NCBI GenBank assembly: GCA_949291725.1
Contig: CASEWU010000153.1
Coordinates: 1-47,323 of the forward strand
Reading direction: 5' to 3'
Source of the DNA: an uncultured Bacillota bacterium
GTDB taxonomy: Bacteria; Bacillota; Clostridia; Christensenellales; Borkfalkiaceae
DNA: 47,323 nucleotides
Below are positions 10,773-20,854 of this stretch, one piece after another (the stretch's first letter is position 1; each line of letters begins with the position of its first letter). Both the position numbers and the translations under genes were made by a program. The notes beneath the pieces are model-generated. The model was not told where the DNA came from and did not search any database. It saw only the letters and a list, made by a program, of their open reading frames with translations.

Positions 10773-11312
10773 TTATTTGCCTGCCGTCTTGCCTTCCTTA
10801 CGTTCGATCACTTCATCCTTATAGCGGATTCCGTAGCCGTGGTAAGGTTCGGGTTCGCGCAGAGCGCGGATGTTCGCGGCGATCTGTCCGACTTTCACTT
10901 TGTCGATACCCGTAACGGTGATCTCCGTCTGCGAAGGGCATTCCAGTTTGATGCCTTCCACTTCCGCAAATTCGACCGGATGGGAGAACCCGATGTTCAG
11001 CACGATCTTGTTCCCCTGCTTTGCGACCTTGTAACCGACGCCGTTGATGACGAGTCCTTTCGAATAACCCGCCGTAACGCCCGTTATCATGTTGTGCAGC
11101 AACGCTCTGTACAGACCGTGTTTTGCTTTCAGTTCTTTGGAATCGTTCGCACGGGACAAAACGGCATGGCCGTTTTCCACTGCGAGACTGATCCGCGCGT
11201 CAATATCCTGTTCCAGCGTTCCTTTCGAGCCTTTGACGAACATTTTGCCGTCTTTTACTTCGACCGTAACGCCCGCGGGGATCGCAACAGGCATTCTTCC
11301 TATTCTGGACAT
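10773..11312 (-). CDS. rplF: 50S ribosomal protein L6
   Basis: MSRIGRMP, GVGYK, PEPYHGYGIRY. Confidence 0.99.
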   Translation of the reverse strand: MSRIGRMPVAIPAGVTVEVKDGKMFVKGSKGTLEQDIDARISLAVENGHAVLSRANDSKELKAKHGLYRALLHNMITGVTAGYSKGLVINGVGYKVAKQGNKIVLNIGFSHPVEFAEVEGIKLECPSQTEITVTGIDKVKVGQIAANIRALREPEPYHGYGIRYKDEVIERKEGKTAGK

Positions 11313-11325
11313 TGCGTGTGCCTCC

Positions 11326-11718
11326 TTACCAGACGAAACAGAGCACTTCGCCGCCGACGTTGGCAGCCTTCGCCTGTTTGTCCGTCATTATTCCCTTGGA
11401 AGTGGATACGATCGCCGTTCCCAGTCCTCCCAAGACCTTGGGCATTTTCTCCGCACCCGAATAGTTTCTCAGACCGGGTTTGGATACTCTCTTCAGGCCG
11501 GAAATGACCGATTTGTTGCCCTCAGCATATTTGAGTTCGATCACGATCTTGCCCGAAAGACCGTCGTCCACGAACTCAACGTTCTTGACGTAGCCTTCCG
11601 AAAGCAGGATGTTTGCGATCGCTTTTTTCATGTTCGATCCGGGAACTTCCACTTTCTCGTGTTTCGCCGTGATGGCGTTCCGGATTCTTGTAAGCATATC
11701 TGCGATAGGATCTGTCAT
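11326..11718 (-). CDS. rpsH: 30S ribosomal protein S8
   Basis: [30 protein letters not shown]; start trimmed. Confidence 0.99.
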   Translation of the reverse strand: MTDPIADMLTRIRNAITAKHEKVEVPGSNMKKAIANILLSEGYVKNVEFVDDGLSGKIVIELKYAEGNKSVISGLKRVSKPGLRNYSGAEKMPKVLGGLGTAIVSTSKGIMTDKQAKAANVGGEVLCFVW

Positions 11719-11729
11719 GATGTACCTCC

Positions 11730-11915
11730 TTACCAGCTCGCCTTCTTCACGCCGGGGATCTGCCCCTTGTACGCGAGATTGCGGAAGCAAATACGGCAGA
11801 TTCCGTATTTGCGCAGAACTGCATGCGGACGTCCGCAGATACTGCAGCGCGTGTACGCCCTCGTGCTGAATTTGGGCGTCCTCTGCTGTTTATTGATCAT
11901 TGATTTCTTTGCCAT
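11730..11915 (-). CDS. rpsN: 30S ribosomal protein S14 type Z (Zn-binding)
   Basis: 61 aa, RCSICGR...[15 protein letters not shown]. Confidence 0.99.
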   Translation of the reverse strand: MAKKSMINKQQRTPKFSTRAYTRCSICGRPHAVLRKYGICRICFRNLAYKGQIPGVKKASW

Positions 11916-11929
11916 AAGTCCGTTTCTCC

Positions 11930-12484
11930 TTATTTCTTGAAGGGCATTCCCATTGCCGCAAGAAGTTCTCTCGCTTCCTCATCCGTCTTTGCCGTCGTAA
12001 CAAAGCAGATATCGAACCCGCGGATCTTTTCCACCTGATCGTAGGAGATCTCGGGGAAGATCAGCTGTTCCTTCACGCCCAGAGCGTAATTGCCCCTGCC
12101 GTCGAAGGAATTCGCGGATACGCCGCGGAAGTCGCGCATTCTGGGAAGCGCGATGGATACGAACTTATCGTAAAACTCGTACATTCTGTCTTTGCGAAGC
12201 GTTACCTTCAGGCCGACGCTCATCCCTTCACGTACTTTGAAGTTCGCGACGGATTTCTTCGCCTTGGTAATGACGGGCTTCTGGCCCGAGATCGCTTTCA
12301 GTTCGTCGTGTGCGATCTGAACGCTCTTCGCGTTGTCTTTGATGTCGCCCAAACCGGAATTGATGACGATTTTCACGAGTTTCGGTACTTCGTTGATGTT
12401 CTTATAGCCGAACTTCTTGACGAGATAGGGAACTACTTCCGTTTCGTAAGCCGCCCGGACTCTGTTCTTTTCTTTTTCTGCCAT
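11930..12484 (-). CDS. rplE: 50S ribosomal protein L5
   Basis: [26 protein letters not shown]. Confidence 0.99.
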   Translation of the reverse strand: MAEKEKNRVRAAYETEVVPYLVKKFGYKNINEVPKLVKIVINSGLGDIKDNAKSVQIAHDELKAISGQKPVITKAKKSVANFKVREGMSVGLKVTLRKDRMYEFYDKFVSIALPRMRDFRGVSANSFDGRGNYALGVKEQLIFPEISYDQVEKIRGFDICFVTTAKTDEEARELLAAMGMPFKK

Positions 12485-12500
12485 TGGAAATTACCTCGCC

Positions 12501-12929
12501 TCAGTCCTTCTTCTCTTCGACCGCTTCTTCTTTCTTTGCGGTACGCTTTCTCGTTCTCTTCTTGGGCGCTTCCTCTGCCTTTGCAGCGGTCTTTGCCTGT
12601 TTCTTGTAAACCTTATCGAGAACGGCTCCGCATTTGCAGACGCGGACTTTCTTCATTTTGCCGTCCTGTTCGACGAACGAGTGTTTTACGCGGGTGGCTT
12701 TGCCGCAAGCATCGCAGATGACCATGACGTTGGACGCGTCGATCGCGCCTTCACGCTCCACGATCTGCGAAACCGCATTCGCCTTTCTCGCTTTCTGATG
12801 TTTCTTCTGGAGGTTGACGCCCTGCACGGTTACGCGTCCGGCTTTGGGGGAAGTGGCGACCACTTTGCCCGTTTTGCCTTTGTCTTTGCCCGTGAGTACG
12901 ACGACCGTATCATTCAATTTAACGTTCAT
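12501..12929 (-). CDS. rplX: 50S ribosomal protein L24 with Cys motifs and a charged C-terminal tail
   Basis: GKDKGKTGKV KOW motif, EGAIDASNV. Confidence 0.98.
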   Translation of the reverse strand: MNVKLNDTVVVLTGKDKGKTGKVVATSPKAGRVTVQGVNLQKKHQKARKANAVSQIVEREGAIDASNVMVICDACGKATRVKHSFVEQDGKMKKVRVCKCGAVLDKVYKKQAKTAAKAEEAPKKRTRKRTAKKEEAVEEKKD

Positions 12930-12941
12930 TGTCCGGCCTCC

Positions 12942-13310
12942 TTACAGCACTTCGGGAGCAAGGGAGATAATACGCATATAGTCCTTATCTCTCAGTTCTC
13001 TCGCGATGGGCCCGAAAATACGCGTACCCCTCGGCTGCTTCTGGTTATCTATGATGACGGCTGCATTGTCGTCGAAACGGATATACGTTCCGTCTGCTCT
13101 GCGAATGCCCTTGCTGGTTCTGACGATGACTGCCTTTACGACTTCGCCTTTTTTTACGGCGCCGCCGGGAGTTGCGGTTTTGACGCTCGCGATGATCACG
13201 TCGCCGATGTTGCCGCTCTTTCTGAACGAACCGCCCAGAACCCTGATGCACATGAGCTCTTTCGCACCGGAGTTATCCGCCGCTTTAAGCCTTGTCTGTG
13301 GTTGTATCAT
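12942..13310 (-). CDS. rplN: 50S ribosomal protein L14
   Basis: [30 protein letters not shown]. Confidence 0.99.
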   Translation of the reverse strand: MIQPQTRLKAADNSGAKELMCIRVLGGSFRKSGNIGDVIIASVKTATPGGAVKKGEVVKAVIVRTSKGIRRADGTYIRFDDNAAVIIDNQKQPRGTRIFGPIARELRDKDYMRIISLAPEVL

Positions 13311-13334
13311 ATGGCTCTTTCTCTCCTTATATTA

Positions 13335-13589
13335 TTACTTCGCTTTCTCGACGATCTCGGCAACTCTCCAGTTCTTGTCTTTGGAAAGTTTTCTCGTCTC
13401 GACGATGCGGACCTTGTCGCCGACGACACATTCGTTCGCTTCGTCGTGCGCCTTGACTTTCTTCGTCTTGGTGATGGTCTTCTTATAGAGAGGGTGTTTG
13501 CTCTTGTCAACGATCGCAACGACGACCGTCTTATCCATTTTGTCGGAAACGACAAGCCCGACTCTTTCTTTTCTTAAATTTCTTTCCAT
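13335..13589 (-). CDS. rpsQ: 30S ribosomal protein S17
   Basis: [21 protein letters not shown]. Confidence 0.99.
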   Translation of the reverse strand: MERNLRKERVGLVVSDKMDKTVVVAIVDKSKHPLYKKTITKTKKVKAHDEANECVVGDKVRIVETRKLSKDKNWRVAEIVEKAK

Positions 13590-13595
13590 GATTGA

Positions 13596-13796
13596 TTAAC
13601 CTCTCGCCTTGATCTCTCTCTCGCGGATCACGGTGTTAACGCGCGCGATGTCCTTCTTGCAGGACGCTATCGTCATCGGATTGTCGAGCTGGCCCGACGC
13701 ATGACGGAAACGGAGGTTGAAAAGCTGCGTTTTCAGCTCGCTGAGCTTATTTTTCAGCTCCTCGTCTGTCATGTTGTGAAGTTCTTTCCCTTTCAT
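13596..13796 (-). CDS. rpmC: 50S ribosomal protein L29
   Basis: LFNLRF, KKDIARVNT. Confidence 0.98.
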   Translation of the reverse strand: MKGKELHNMTDEELKNKLSELKTQLFNLRFRHASGQLDNPMTIASCKKDIARVNTVIREREIKARG

Positions 13797-14269
13797 TAAC
13801 CTTCACCGCCTTCTGTAATTTTTTCGCCGCCTTCCGGCAGTTCGCCCGTTACGGGATTTGCCTGACCTTTGGCCATGAATTTCGTCTTGATGGGCAATTT
13901 GTGTCCTGCAAGGCGCATTGCTTCGCGCGCCGCTTCTTCCGGAACGCCCGCCATTTCAAACAGGACTCTGCCCGGTTTTACGATTGCCACCCAGTATTCC
14001 ACCGCACCTTTACCGGAACCCATACGGGATTCGGCAGGGTGCCGCGTGATCGGTTTGTGCGGGAAAATATCGATCCAAACTTGGCCGCCACGTTTGATGA
14101 ATCTCGTCATAGCGATACGAGCTGCTTCGATCTGGCGCGACGTGATGCGTGCGCCCTCGACAGCAACCAGTCCGTATTCGCCGTAAGCCACTTTATTGCC
14201 TTTATGCGCCTGGCCCTTGATGTTGCCGCGGTGCTGTTTTCTTCTCTTGACTCTCTTCGGGATTAACAT
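13796..14269 (-). CDS. rplP: 50S ribosomal protein L16
   Basis: [31 protein letters not shown]. Confidence 0.99.
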   Translation of the reverse strand: MLIPKRVKRRKQHRGNIKGQAHKGNKVAYGEYGLVAVEGARITSRQIEAARIAMTRFIKRGGQVWIDIFPHKPITRHPAESRMGSGKGAVEYWVAIVKPGRVLFEMAGVPEEAAREAMRLAGHKLPIKTKFMAKGQANPVTGELPEGGEKITEGGEG

Positions 14270-14271
14270 AA

Positions 14272-14931
14272 TTACTTATCCCCTCCTTCACGCGCCTTTG
14301 CTCTGAGCACTTCGCCTTTGTAGATCCAGACTTTGACGCCGATCATACCGAAAGTCGTGTGCGCTTCCGCAAAACCGTAATCGATGTCCGCGCGCAGCGT
14401 CTGCAGAGGGATGGATCCTTCATGATACTGCTCGCAACGTGCAATCTCGGCGCCGTCCAGACGGCCGGAAACCATCATTTTGACGCCCTTTACGCCCGAA
14501 CGCATCGCTTTGCCGATCGCCTGTTTCATTGCGCGGCGGAAAGACATACGTTTTTCCAGCTGCTGTGCAACGCTTTCCGCTACCAGCTGCGCATCGCCGT
14601 CGGGTTTGCGCACTTCCGTTACGTTGATGACGATGTTCTTGCCTTTCGTGAGTTTGGAAAGGTCTTTCTTGATCACTTCGATTTCCGCGCCCGCTTTGCC
14701 GATCAGAACGCCCGGCTTGCCCGTGCAGACGGTTACGACGATCCTGTTTGCAGCACGCTCGATCAGGATCTTGCTGATCGCTGCCGCATAGTACTTGTGT
14801 TTGATGAATTTGCGGATTTCGTAGTCTTCTTTCAGGTTCTTGCCGAAATCCTTTTTATCGGCATACCACTGGGTGTCCCAGCCTTTGATGACGCCGACTC
14901 TCAGACCGTGTGGATTAACTTTCTGTCCCAT
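14272..14931 (-). CDS. rpsC: 30S ribosomal protein S3
   Basis: [32 protein letters not shown]. Confidence 0.99.
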   Translation of the reverse strand: MGQKVNPHGLRVGVIKGWDTQWYADKKDFGKNLKEDYEIRKFIKHKYYAAAISKILIERAANRIVVTVCTGKPGVLIGKAGAEIEVIKKDLSKLTKGKNIVINVTEVRKPDGDAQLVAESVAQQLEKRMSFRRAMKQAIGKAMRSGVKGVKMMVSGRLDGAEIARCEQYHEGSIPLQTLRADIDYGFAEAHTTFGMIGVKVWIYKGEVLRAKAREGGDK

Positions 14932-14942
14932 GACAATTCTCC

Positions 14943-15332
14943 TTACTTACTCTGCACGTCAAGAATGACCGTGATGTGGCTGGTTCTTTTCAGAATGGAA
15001 TGCGCTCTGCCCTTGGAAACGGGGTTCATGCGTTTGAGCGTAGGTCCCTGATCCGCGAATGCTTCCGCGACGACCAAATCGCCCCTGTCCATGCCGAAAT
15101 TGTGCTCAGCGTTCGCTGCCGCGGACAGCAAAACCTTTTTGACGGGTTCAGCCGAAACGATCGTCGCATATTCGAGGATCGCCGCCGCTTCGTTCACGCT
15201 CTTGCCGCGGATGAGCGCCAGTGCTCTGCGCACTTTGTAAGGGCTCATGCGGATATGCCTTGCGGTCGCATAAGGACGTTTGTCCTTGTTTTCCGCGATA
15301 CGTTTTGTCTTTTCACGCGTATTTTTAGCCAT
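14943..15332 (-). CDS. rplV: 50S ribosomal protein L22
   Basis: [24 protein letters not shown]. Confidence 0.99.
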   Translation of the reverse strand: MAKNTREKTKRIAENKDKRPYATARHIRMSPYKVRRALALIRGKSVNEAAAILEYATIVSAEPVKKVLLSAAANAEHNFGMDRGDLVVAEAFADQGPTLKRMNPVSKGRAHSILKRTSHITVILDVQSK

Positions 15333-15350
15333 TTTGAACTGCGACCTCCT

Positions 15351-15632
15351 TTACTTCTTAGCAGCGGTGGTCTTGCCGCCGGAATGTCCCTTGAAGGTTC
15401 TGGTGGGTGCGAACTCGCCGAGTTTGCAGCCGACCATGTCTTCGGTAATATATACGGGAACGTGCTTTCTTCCGTCGTGTACGGCGATCGTGTGGCCTAC
15501 CATCTGGGGGAAGATCGTGCTCGCTCTCGACCAGGTTTTGAGAACTTTTTTATCGTTTGCCGCGTTGAGCTCTTCGACTCTTTTGAGAAGTCTCGCTTCA
15601 ACGTAAGGCCCTTTCTTTACGCTTCTGCTCAT
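15351..15632 (-). CDS. rpsS: 30S ribosomal protein S19
   Basis: [25 protein letters not shown]. Confidence 0.99.
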   Translation of the reverse strand: MSRSVKKGPYVEARLLKRVEELNAANDKKVLKTWSRASTIFPQMVGHTIAVHDGRKHVPVYITEDMVGCKLGEFAPTRTFKGHSGGKTTAAKK

Positions 15633-15647
15633 TTGGATGATCCTCCC

Positions 15648-16475
15648 TTAATTGATGCGTTTAAGAATGAACTTGCTGGTAACATTCTTCTTCTTTCTGG
15701 TCTTATACCCCAGAGCAGGTTTGCCCCAAGGCGTAAGAGGACCGGCATGACCGACAGGGCTCTTGCCCTCGCCGCCGCCGTGCGGGTGATCGCAAGGGTT
15801 CATGACTGCGCCGCGTACCGTGGGTTTGATGCCCATGTGGCGCGTCTTGCCCGCTTTGCCGAGGCTGATGATCTCGTGCTCCACGTTTCCGACCTGACCG
15901 ATCGTAGCCCGGCACACGACCGGAACGAGACGCATTTCGCCGCTCGGCATTTTCAGAGTCGCATAAGCGCCCTCTTTTGCCATCAGCTGTGCCGCGATAC
16001 CCGCCGCACGCGCTACCTGGCCGCCTTTGCCCGGCTTGAGCTCGATGTTGTGTACCATCGTACCGACGGGGATGTTCTCAAACGGCAGGCAGTTGCCCGC
16101 TTTGATGTCCGCGTCCGGTCCCGAAAGAACCGTGTCGCCCACATTCAGGCCGATCGGCGCGAGAATGTATCTCTTTTCGCCGTCCGCATACTGCAAAAGC
16201 GCAATGTTCGCGCTGCGGTTCGGATCGTACTGGATGCTCGCAACTTTTGCCGGGATCCCGTCTTTGTCGCGCTTGAAGTCGATGATACGGTATTTCCTGC
16301 GGTTTCCGCCGCCGATGTGGCGAACCGTGATCTTGCCCTGGTTATTTCTGCCGCCGGATTTGCGCATATCCTCGATCAGAGAACGCTCCGGTTTGGTTTC
16401 CGTGATCTCTTCGTAGGTATGCACCGTCATGAAACGGCGCGCAGCCGACGTAGGTTTATATCTTTTAATAGCCAT
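15648..16475 (-). CDS. rplB: 50S ribosomal protein L2
   Basis: [29 protein letters not shown]. Confidence 0.99.
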   Translation of the reverse strand: MAIKRYKPTSAARRFMTVHTYEEITETKPERSLIEDMRKSGGRNNQGKITVRHIGGGNRRKYRIIDFKRDKDGIPAKVASIQYDPNRSANIALLQYADGEKRYILAPIGLNVGDTVLSGPDADIKAGNCLPFENIPVGTMVHNIELKPGKGGQVARAAGIAAQLMAKEGAYATLKMPSGEMRLVPVVCRATIGQVGNVEHEIISLGKAGKTRHMGIKPTVRGAVMNPCDHPHGGGEGKSPVGHAGPLTPWGKPALGYKTRKKKNVTSKFILKRIN

Positions 16476-16501
16476 TTTCTGTTTCCTCCGATTTGCTCAC
16501 A

Positions 16502-16792
16502 TTAAGACAGCGAATTGAAATACTCAATCGGCTTGCTGTCTTCGGTCAGCTGAACGATGGCTTTCTTGTAGGAGGATGTGAGGCCCTCGTTTCTGCCCAT
16601 TCTCTTCAACTTTCCGCGCACGTTGCAGGTGTTCACGCTTGCAACTTTGACTTCGAAGAGTTCTTCGACAGCCATCTTGATCTGCGTCTTATTTGCGCCC
16701 TTTGCAACCTTAAAAGTGTATTTCTTCGACGCGATGCCGTCGTAACCTTTCTCGGTGAGGATGGGCTTAATGATGATGTCCTGCGCTTTCAT
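16502..16792 (-). CDS. rplW: 50S ribosomal protein L23
   Basis: PILTEK, ANKTQIK.AVE, YKKAIV. Confidence 0.98.
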   Translation of the reverse strand: MKAQDIIIKPILTEKGYDGIASKKYTFKVAKGANKTQIKMAVEELFEVKVASVNTCNVRGKLKRMGRNEGLTSSYKKAIVQLTEDSKPIEYFNSLS

Positions 16793-17418
16793 TATGCTCC
16801 GTAGACCTCCTGGATTTTTTCAGCCGCGGCCTTGGTAAAAACCACTTTCGCATTGGCGACCACGTCGTAGGTGTTGATCTGTTCGACGGGCAAAGTGCTC
16901 AGCGTCTGGATATTCCGGCTCGCGAGAATGACGTTTGCGTCGCTGTTGTCCATGACAAGCACCGTACGTTTGTCGAGTTTGAGCGCTTCCACGAATTTCA
17001 CCATTTCTTTCGTCTTGGGTGCGGAAACTTCCAACTTGTCCACAACGATCAGTTCGCCGTCCGCCACTTTTTTGGAGAGTGCCGAGAACAGCGCGCCGCG
17101 TTTTGCTTCCTGATTCATTTTCTTGGAGAAGTCGCGGCTCTTGGGTGCGAACACGACGCCGCCCTTGATCCACTGCGGCGCACGGATGGAACCCTGACGC
17201 GCACGGCCCGTGCCTTTCTGTCTCCAGGGCTTCACGCCGCCGCCGCGGACTTCCGTCCTCGTGAGCGTGCTCTTCGTGCCCTGTCTGTCATTGGCAAGAC
17301 GCGTTACCACCGCCTGATGGATCAGGGGTTCGTTGTATTCCGCGCCGAAGATCTTGTCGGAAAGAGTCATCTGACCCGCTTCCGATCCGTCCATTTTATA
17401 GATTTTCACGATAGGCAT
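16792..17418 (-). CDS. rplD: 50S ribosomal protein L4
   Basis: RQGT, GGGVKPWRQKGTGRARQGS. Confidence 0.99.
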   Translation of the reverse strand: MPIVKIYKMDGSEAGQMTLSDKIFGAEYNEPLIHQAVVTRLANDRQGTKSTLTRTEVRGGGVKPWRQKGTGRARQGSIRAPQWIKGGVVFAPKSRDFSKKMNQEAKRGALFSALSKKVADGELIVVDKLEVSAPKTKEMVKFVEALKLDKRTVLVMDNSDANVILASRNIQTLSTLPVEQINTYDVVANAKVVFTKAAAEKIQEVYGA

Positions 17419-17432
17419 TTCTCTTACTCTCC

Positions 17433-18068
17433 TTATTTGGACTTGACGCTGTCACACACCGTGACGATGCTGCCCTTCGGACCGGGAATCGCGCCCTTGA
17501 TCAGAAGTGCGTTTCTCGCCGCGTCCACCTTGACGACTTCAAGGTTCTGTACGGTTACTTTTTCATGACCGTACTGTCCCGGCATATGCTTCTGTTTGAA
17601 AACTCTGCTCGGCGTGGAGTTTGCTCCCATGGAACCCACTTCCCTGTGTACAGGGCCGACACCGTGCGTCTCTTTCAGACGGCGCTGGTTCCATCTCTTG
17701 ATGACGCCCGAAAATCCATGACCTTTGGAAACGCCCGCGACGTCCACTTTGTCCCCTTCCTTGAACGTATCCGCCAGCACTTCTTTGCCGACTTCGTATT
17801 CCGAAAGATCTGCCAAACGGAACTCTTTGAGAACTTTCTGCGGTTTTACGCCCGCTTTCTTGAACTGTCCGAGTTCAGGCTTGTTGATGCGCTTTTCCGT
17901 CGTTTCGTCAAAGCCCAGTTTCAGAGCGGCATAGCCGTCTTTTTCCACTGTCTTGATCTGCACTACGGGGCAAGGTCCTGCCTCCACTACCGTTACGGGG
18001 ATCACTTTCCCTTCCGGAGTAAAGATCTGCGTCATGCCGACTTTGCGGCCGATGATTGCTTTATTCAT
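17433..18068 (-). CDS. rplC: 50S ribosomal protein L3
   Basis: [28 protein letters not shown]. Confidence 0.99.
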   Translation of the reverse strand: MNKAIIGRKVGMTQIFTPEGKVIPVTVVEAGPCPVVQIKTVEKDGYAALKLGFDETTEKRINKPELGQFKKAGVKPQKVLKEFRLADLSEYEVGKEVLADTFKEGDKVDVAGVSKGHGFSGVIKRWNQRRLKETHGVGPVHREVGSMGANSTPSRVFKQKHMPGQYGHEKVTVQNLEVVKVDAARNALLIKGAIPGPKGSIVTVCDSVKSK

Positions 18069-18182
18069 TGATAAAGTTCACTCCTTAAATTTTTTATCGC
18101 GAATACCTTGATTTTACAAAGTATTACATTGACTTGTTTTTGGCGCTTTCCGCGCTTTTCTGTATTATAGAAACAGAATCTT

Positions 18183-18482
18183 TTACAGCTTGATCTTGAT
18201 GTCTACGCCCGCGGGAAGATGAACGCTGTCCAAAAGTTTCGCGTTGGGGCTGTAGATGTCGATGATCCTCTTGTGCGTGCGGATCTCGAACTGCTCGCGG
18301 CTGTCCTTGTACTTGTGCGGCGAGCGAAGGATCGTTACGATCTCCTTTTCGGTCGGCAGAGGAATGGGGCCGCCGATTTTTGCGCCCGATTTCTGCATCG
18401 CGTCCACAATACGCTGCGCCGCCAAATCTACGAGTTCATGATCGTATGCGGCGAGTTTGATTCTGATTTTCTGTCCTGCCAT
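18183..18482 (-). CDS. rpsJ: 30S ribosomal protein S10
   Basis: [30 protein letters not shown]. Confidence 0.99.
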   Translation of the reverse strand: MAGQKIRIKLAAYDHELVDLAAQRIVDAMQKSGAKIGGPIPLPTEKEIVTILRSPHKYKDSREQFEIRTHKRIIDIYSPNAKLLDSVHLPAGVDIKIKL

Positions 18483-18734
18483 TTGTCTGAATTCCTCCGT
18501 TTTTTATACTAACTTTACGTCAACTGTGCCGTGTGTGTCGGAACAGCCGAGAAAAATAAATGCCATTCAAATATTCTATTGAATGGCTGTACTCCGGTTA
18601 GTCGCAGGGATCGAGTCCCCACATTTGTCGGCATAAATTATCTTCGCTTTGGGCGCAATTGTGCTGTATTTATCCTTGCAAACCCGAAGCGATTAAAGTA
18701 ACTTTACGCCTCAACCCTATTACACAGCTTAACT

Positions 18735-18763
18735 ATAATACCATATCCGTCAAGAGTTGTCAA
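18735..18763 (-). promoter_or_regulatory. SigA promoter of the S10 operon, giving a ~245-nt 5' leader
   Basis: TTGACA-17 nt-TATTAT with TGn extended -10 on the minus strand. Confidence 0.8.
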
Positions 18764-19057
18764 ATAATTTAAAGCATATTTTTATCTTTTTTTACATAAA
18801 ATATAAGATGCGGAAAGAGAGACGATTTTACCGAAAAAATCAGTAAAACCGCCTCTCTTTTTTCACAAATTCTATTTGTTTTTCTTATCTGAAAGAGACA
18901 TCATCCGCCTCTTTGCAAGTTTAAACATCCGAAGATTTCGTTGCCCTAAGCGAACAGATCCGCCCCTATTGCACTAAATTTGTGTTTTTCGCGCGGCGGA
19001 CTTATTTACGAACGCAAGCAAAAATGTCTTGGCGTCTTTTTTAAGATGATTCGCCGC

Positions 19058-19606
19058 TTACGATTCCCAGCCGCTGACGTTAAGTCCGCTGTAATCGACA
19101 TACGCAATGTCGAATTCATACGCCGAATACTCGATCATTCCTGTTTGTCTGTTCGTAGAAATTGAAATCAAAACAAGAAGGCATACGCCGGGTTCGTCGT
19201 TGCTTATATACACGATCGGATTCGCTCCGACGCAATCCAGAACACCGTGATCGATCGGCGTTTCCGTATCGCTCACCGGATAGGAATGGTTCCGGGAATA
19301 GAATACAACTCCCTTTTGCGCCGTCCAGATTTCAGGTGCCGCATAAGTAAAATGTTTTTCCAAAGAAAAAGAAGACGCAGAAGAAATATTGTCGATCTTA
19401 TATGCAATATACTCTTCTTCCGCATACGACGAGGACGTTCCTCTCCTCAGAACGACACGCATAAGATAATCAGATATAATTCCTTTTACTTCCTCACCGT
19501 TACTATTTTTATACCGTTCTTCCACATATATACCGATGTAATAATAATCTTTTCCGCCTTCTAGTCCAAACGAGGCATAACCCGTACTCCCTACCGAGAA
19601 TTTCAT
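19058..19606 (-). CDS. Hypothetical protein, probably a 5'-truncated remnant
   Basis: 182-aa Tyr/Ser-rich ORF with no Shine-Dalgarno; frame stays open 12 codons upstream to TGA at 19643-19645. Confidence 0.5.
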   Translation of the reverse strand: MKFSVGSTGYASFGLEGGKDYYYIGIYVEERYKNSNGEEVKGIISDYLMRVVLRRGTSSSYAEEEYIAYKIDNISSASSFSLEKHFTYAAPEIWTAQKGVVFYSRNHSYPVSDTETPIDHGVLDCVGANPIVYISNDEPGVCLLVLISISTNRQTGMIEYSAYEFDIAYVDYSGLNVSGWES

Positions 19607-19675
19607 CGTCGCCGACCACGACGCATTCTTCGGCTCGGTCCCTCAACTACATTTTAAAACAAAATGACATTAACA

Positions 19676-19723
19676 AGAAGTTTTCTTCTTTTACGTTGTT
19701 TTTGAGAAGAAAATTTCTACAAT
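19676..19723 (+). promoter_or_regulatory. Inverted operator pair and -10 box of the XRE gene
   Basis: AGAAGTTTTCTTCT (19676-89) and AGAAGAAAATTTCT (19705-18) match 13/14 as inverted copies; TACAAT ends 7 nt before the ATG. Confidence 0.6.
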
Positions 19724-19729
19724 ATACAT

Positions 19730-19927
19730 ATGAGAGTCGGTGAGATTATCAAAGAATTGCGCCAGGAAAGAGATCTTTCGCAGGCAAAATTAGCAGAGGC
19801 GATCGGCGTAAGCCAGAAGGCCATCGATTATTGGGAGCGGGGGCTGAACGAACCCAAAGCATCCTATATTGTGGCGCTGGCGGATTTTTTCGGAGTTACT
19901 TGCGACTACCTGCTCGGACGAGAATAG
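19730..19927 (+). CDS. XRE-family HTH regulator (65 aa, leaderless)
   Basis: IKELRQERDLSQAKLAEAIGVSQKAIDYWERGLNEP...LADFFGVTCDYLLG is a canonical HTH_3. Confidence 0.93.
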   Translation: MRVGEIIKELRQERDLSQAKLAEAIGVSQKAIDYWERGLNEPKASYIVALADFFGVTCDYLLGRE

Positions 19928-20321
19928 CTCAAAACGCAAGATCTGACGAACGGATACCTGAAAAAAGTATTCTTTGCAAAGGACAATTTATTTTAAGCCT
20001 GTCAGGACACCGTCGTCTGTGCTGACAGGCCGCTTGTCTTGCTTCAATGCAGCACTCTCCCGCATTTTTTGCGGGAGAGTGCTGCATTTTCTCTTTTTGT
20101 CCTTTTCTCTCTCAAATTTCGAAACGTATTTCTGACTGCTCGCACCCTATTCCGACCCAATATATTCGTAATTCAGTATTTAAGCTCATGCACAGCGCCT
20201 GTCTTATCGGGCAAAAAACCACGTGCGCACTTTTATAAGCGCCGTGCGCAGGAAGTACAAACAAAAATGACGCACAAACGGGGGAAACAGGCAAGGAAAA
20301 TTCAAAAGCGGTCAATCAAAG

Positions 20322-20359
20322 AAAAAAGGCGCAAAAGCCATACGGCTTTTGCGCCTTTT
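20322..20359 (-). terminator. rplJL terminator
   Basis: AAAAGGCGCAAAAGCC/GGCTTTTGCGCCTTTT stem with flanking A/T runs. Confidence 0.85.
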
Positions 20360-20381
20360 AATTTTTTCGTTTCCGCGGAAA

Positions 20382-20759
20382 TTAGTCGATAACGACTTCT
20401 GCGCCGGCTTCCTTCATGCGGGCAGCGATCTTTTCAGCTTCTTCCTTGTTGACGCCTTCCTTGATCATGCCGAGGGACTCAACGAGAGCTTTTGCTTCCG
20501 CAAGGCCGAGGGACGTGAATTCACGGACAGCTTTGATAACTTCGATCTTCTTAGCGCCGATGTCCTTCAACTTAACGTTGAATTCCGTCTTTTCTTCAGC
20601 AGCTTCTGCAGCAGCAGCGCCTGCAGCCGGAGCAGCAGCCACAGCAACGGGAGCAGCAGCGCTAACGCCGAACTCCTCTTCCAAAGCCTTAACGAGCTCA
20701 TTGAGCTCAACAACCGTCATACCTTTGATCTCTTCGATGAACTTAGCGATATCAGCCAT
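20382..20759 (-). CDS. rplL: 50S ribosomal protein L7/L12
   Basis: [39 protein letters not shown]; start trimmed to MADIAK. Confidence 0.99.
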   Translation of the reverse strand: MADIAKFIEEIKGMTVVELNELVKALEEEFGVSAAAPVAVAAAPAAGAAAAEAAEEKTEFNVKLKDIGAKKIEVIKAVREFTSLGLAEAKALVESLGMIKEGVNKEEAEKIAARMKEAGAEVVID

Positions 20760-20854
20760 TTTAATATTCCTCCGAATAATTTTTAAAATAATTTTCCGCA
20801 CCTGATTACGCCCGGGCGAAGCAGCGGCGGCTTATGCCGCATTCACTGAAAAAC

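Noticed and set aside
2358-18512. Many long plus-strand ORFs (e.g. 3915-5123, 6155-7306, 14976-16505)
   Set aside because: Antisense shadows of highly biased ribosomal/housekeeping genes; no RBS or recognisable motifs
19640-19660. GTTTTAAAATGTAGTTGAGGG (minus), superficially like a CRISPR repeat end
   Set aside because: Single copy, no spacers, no cas genes in the window
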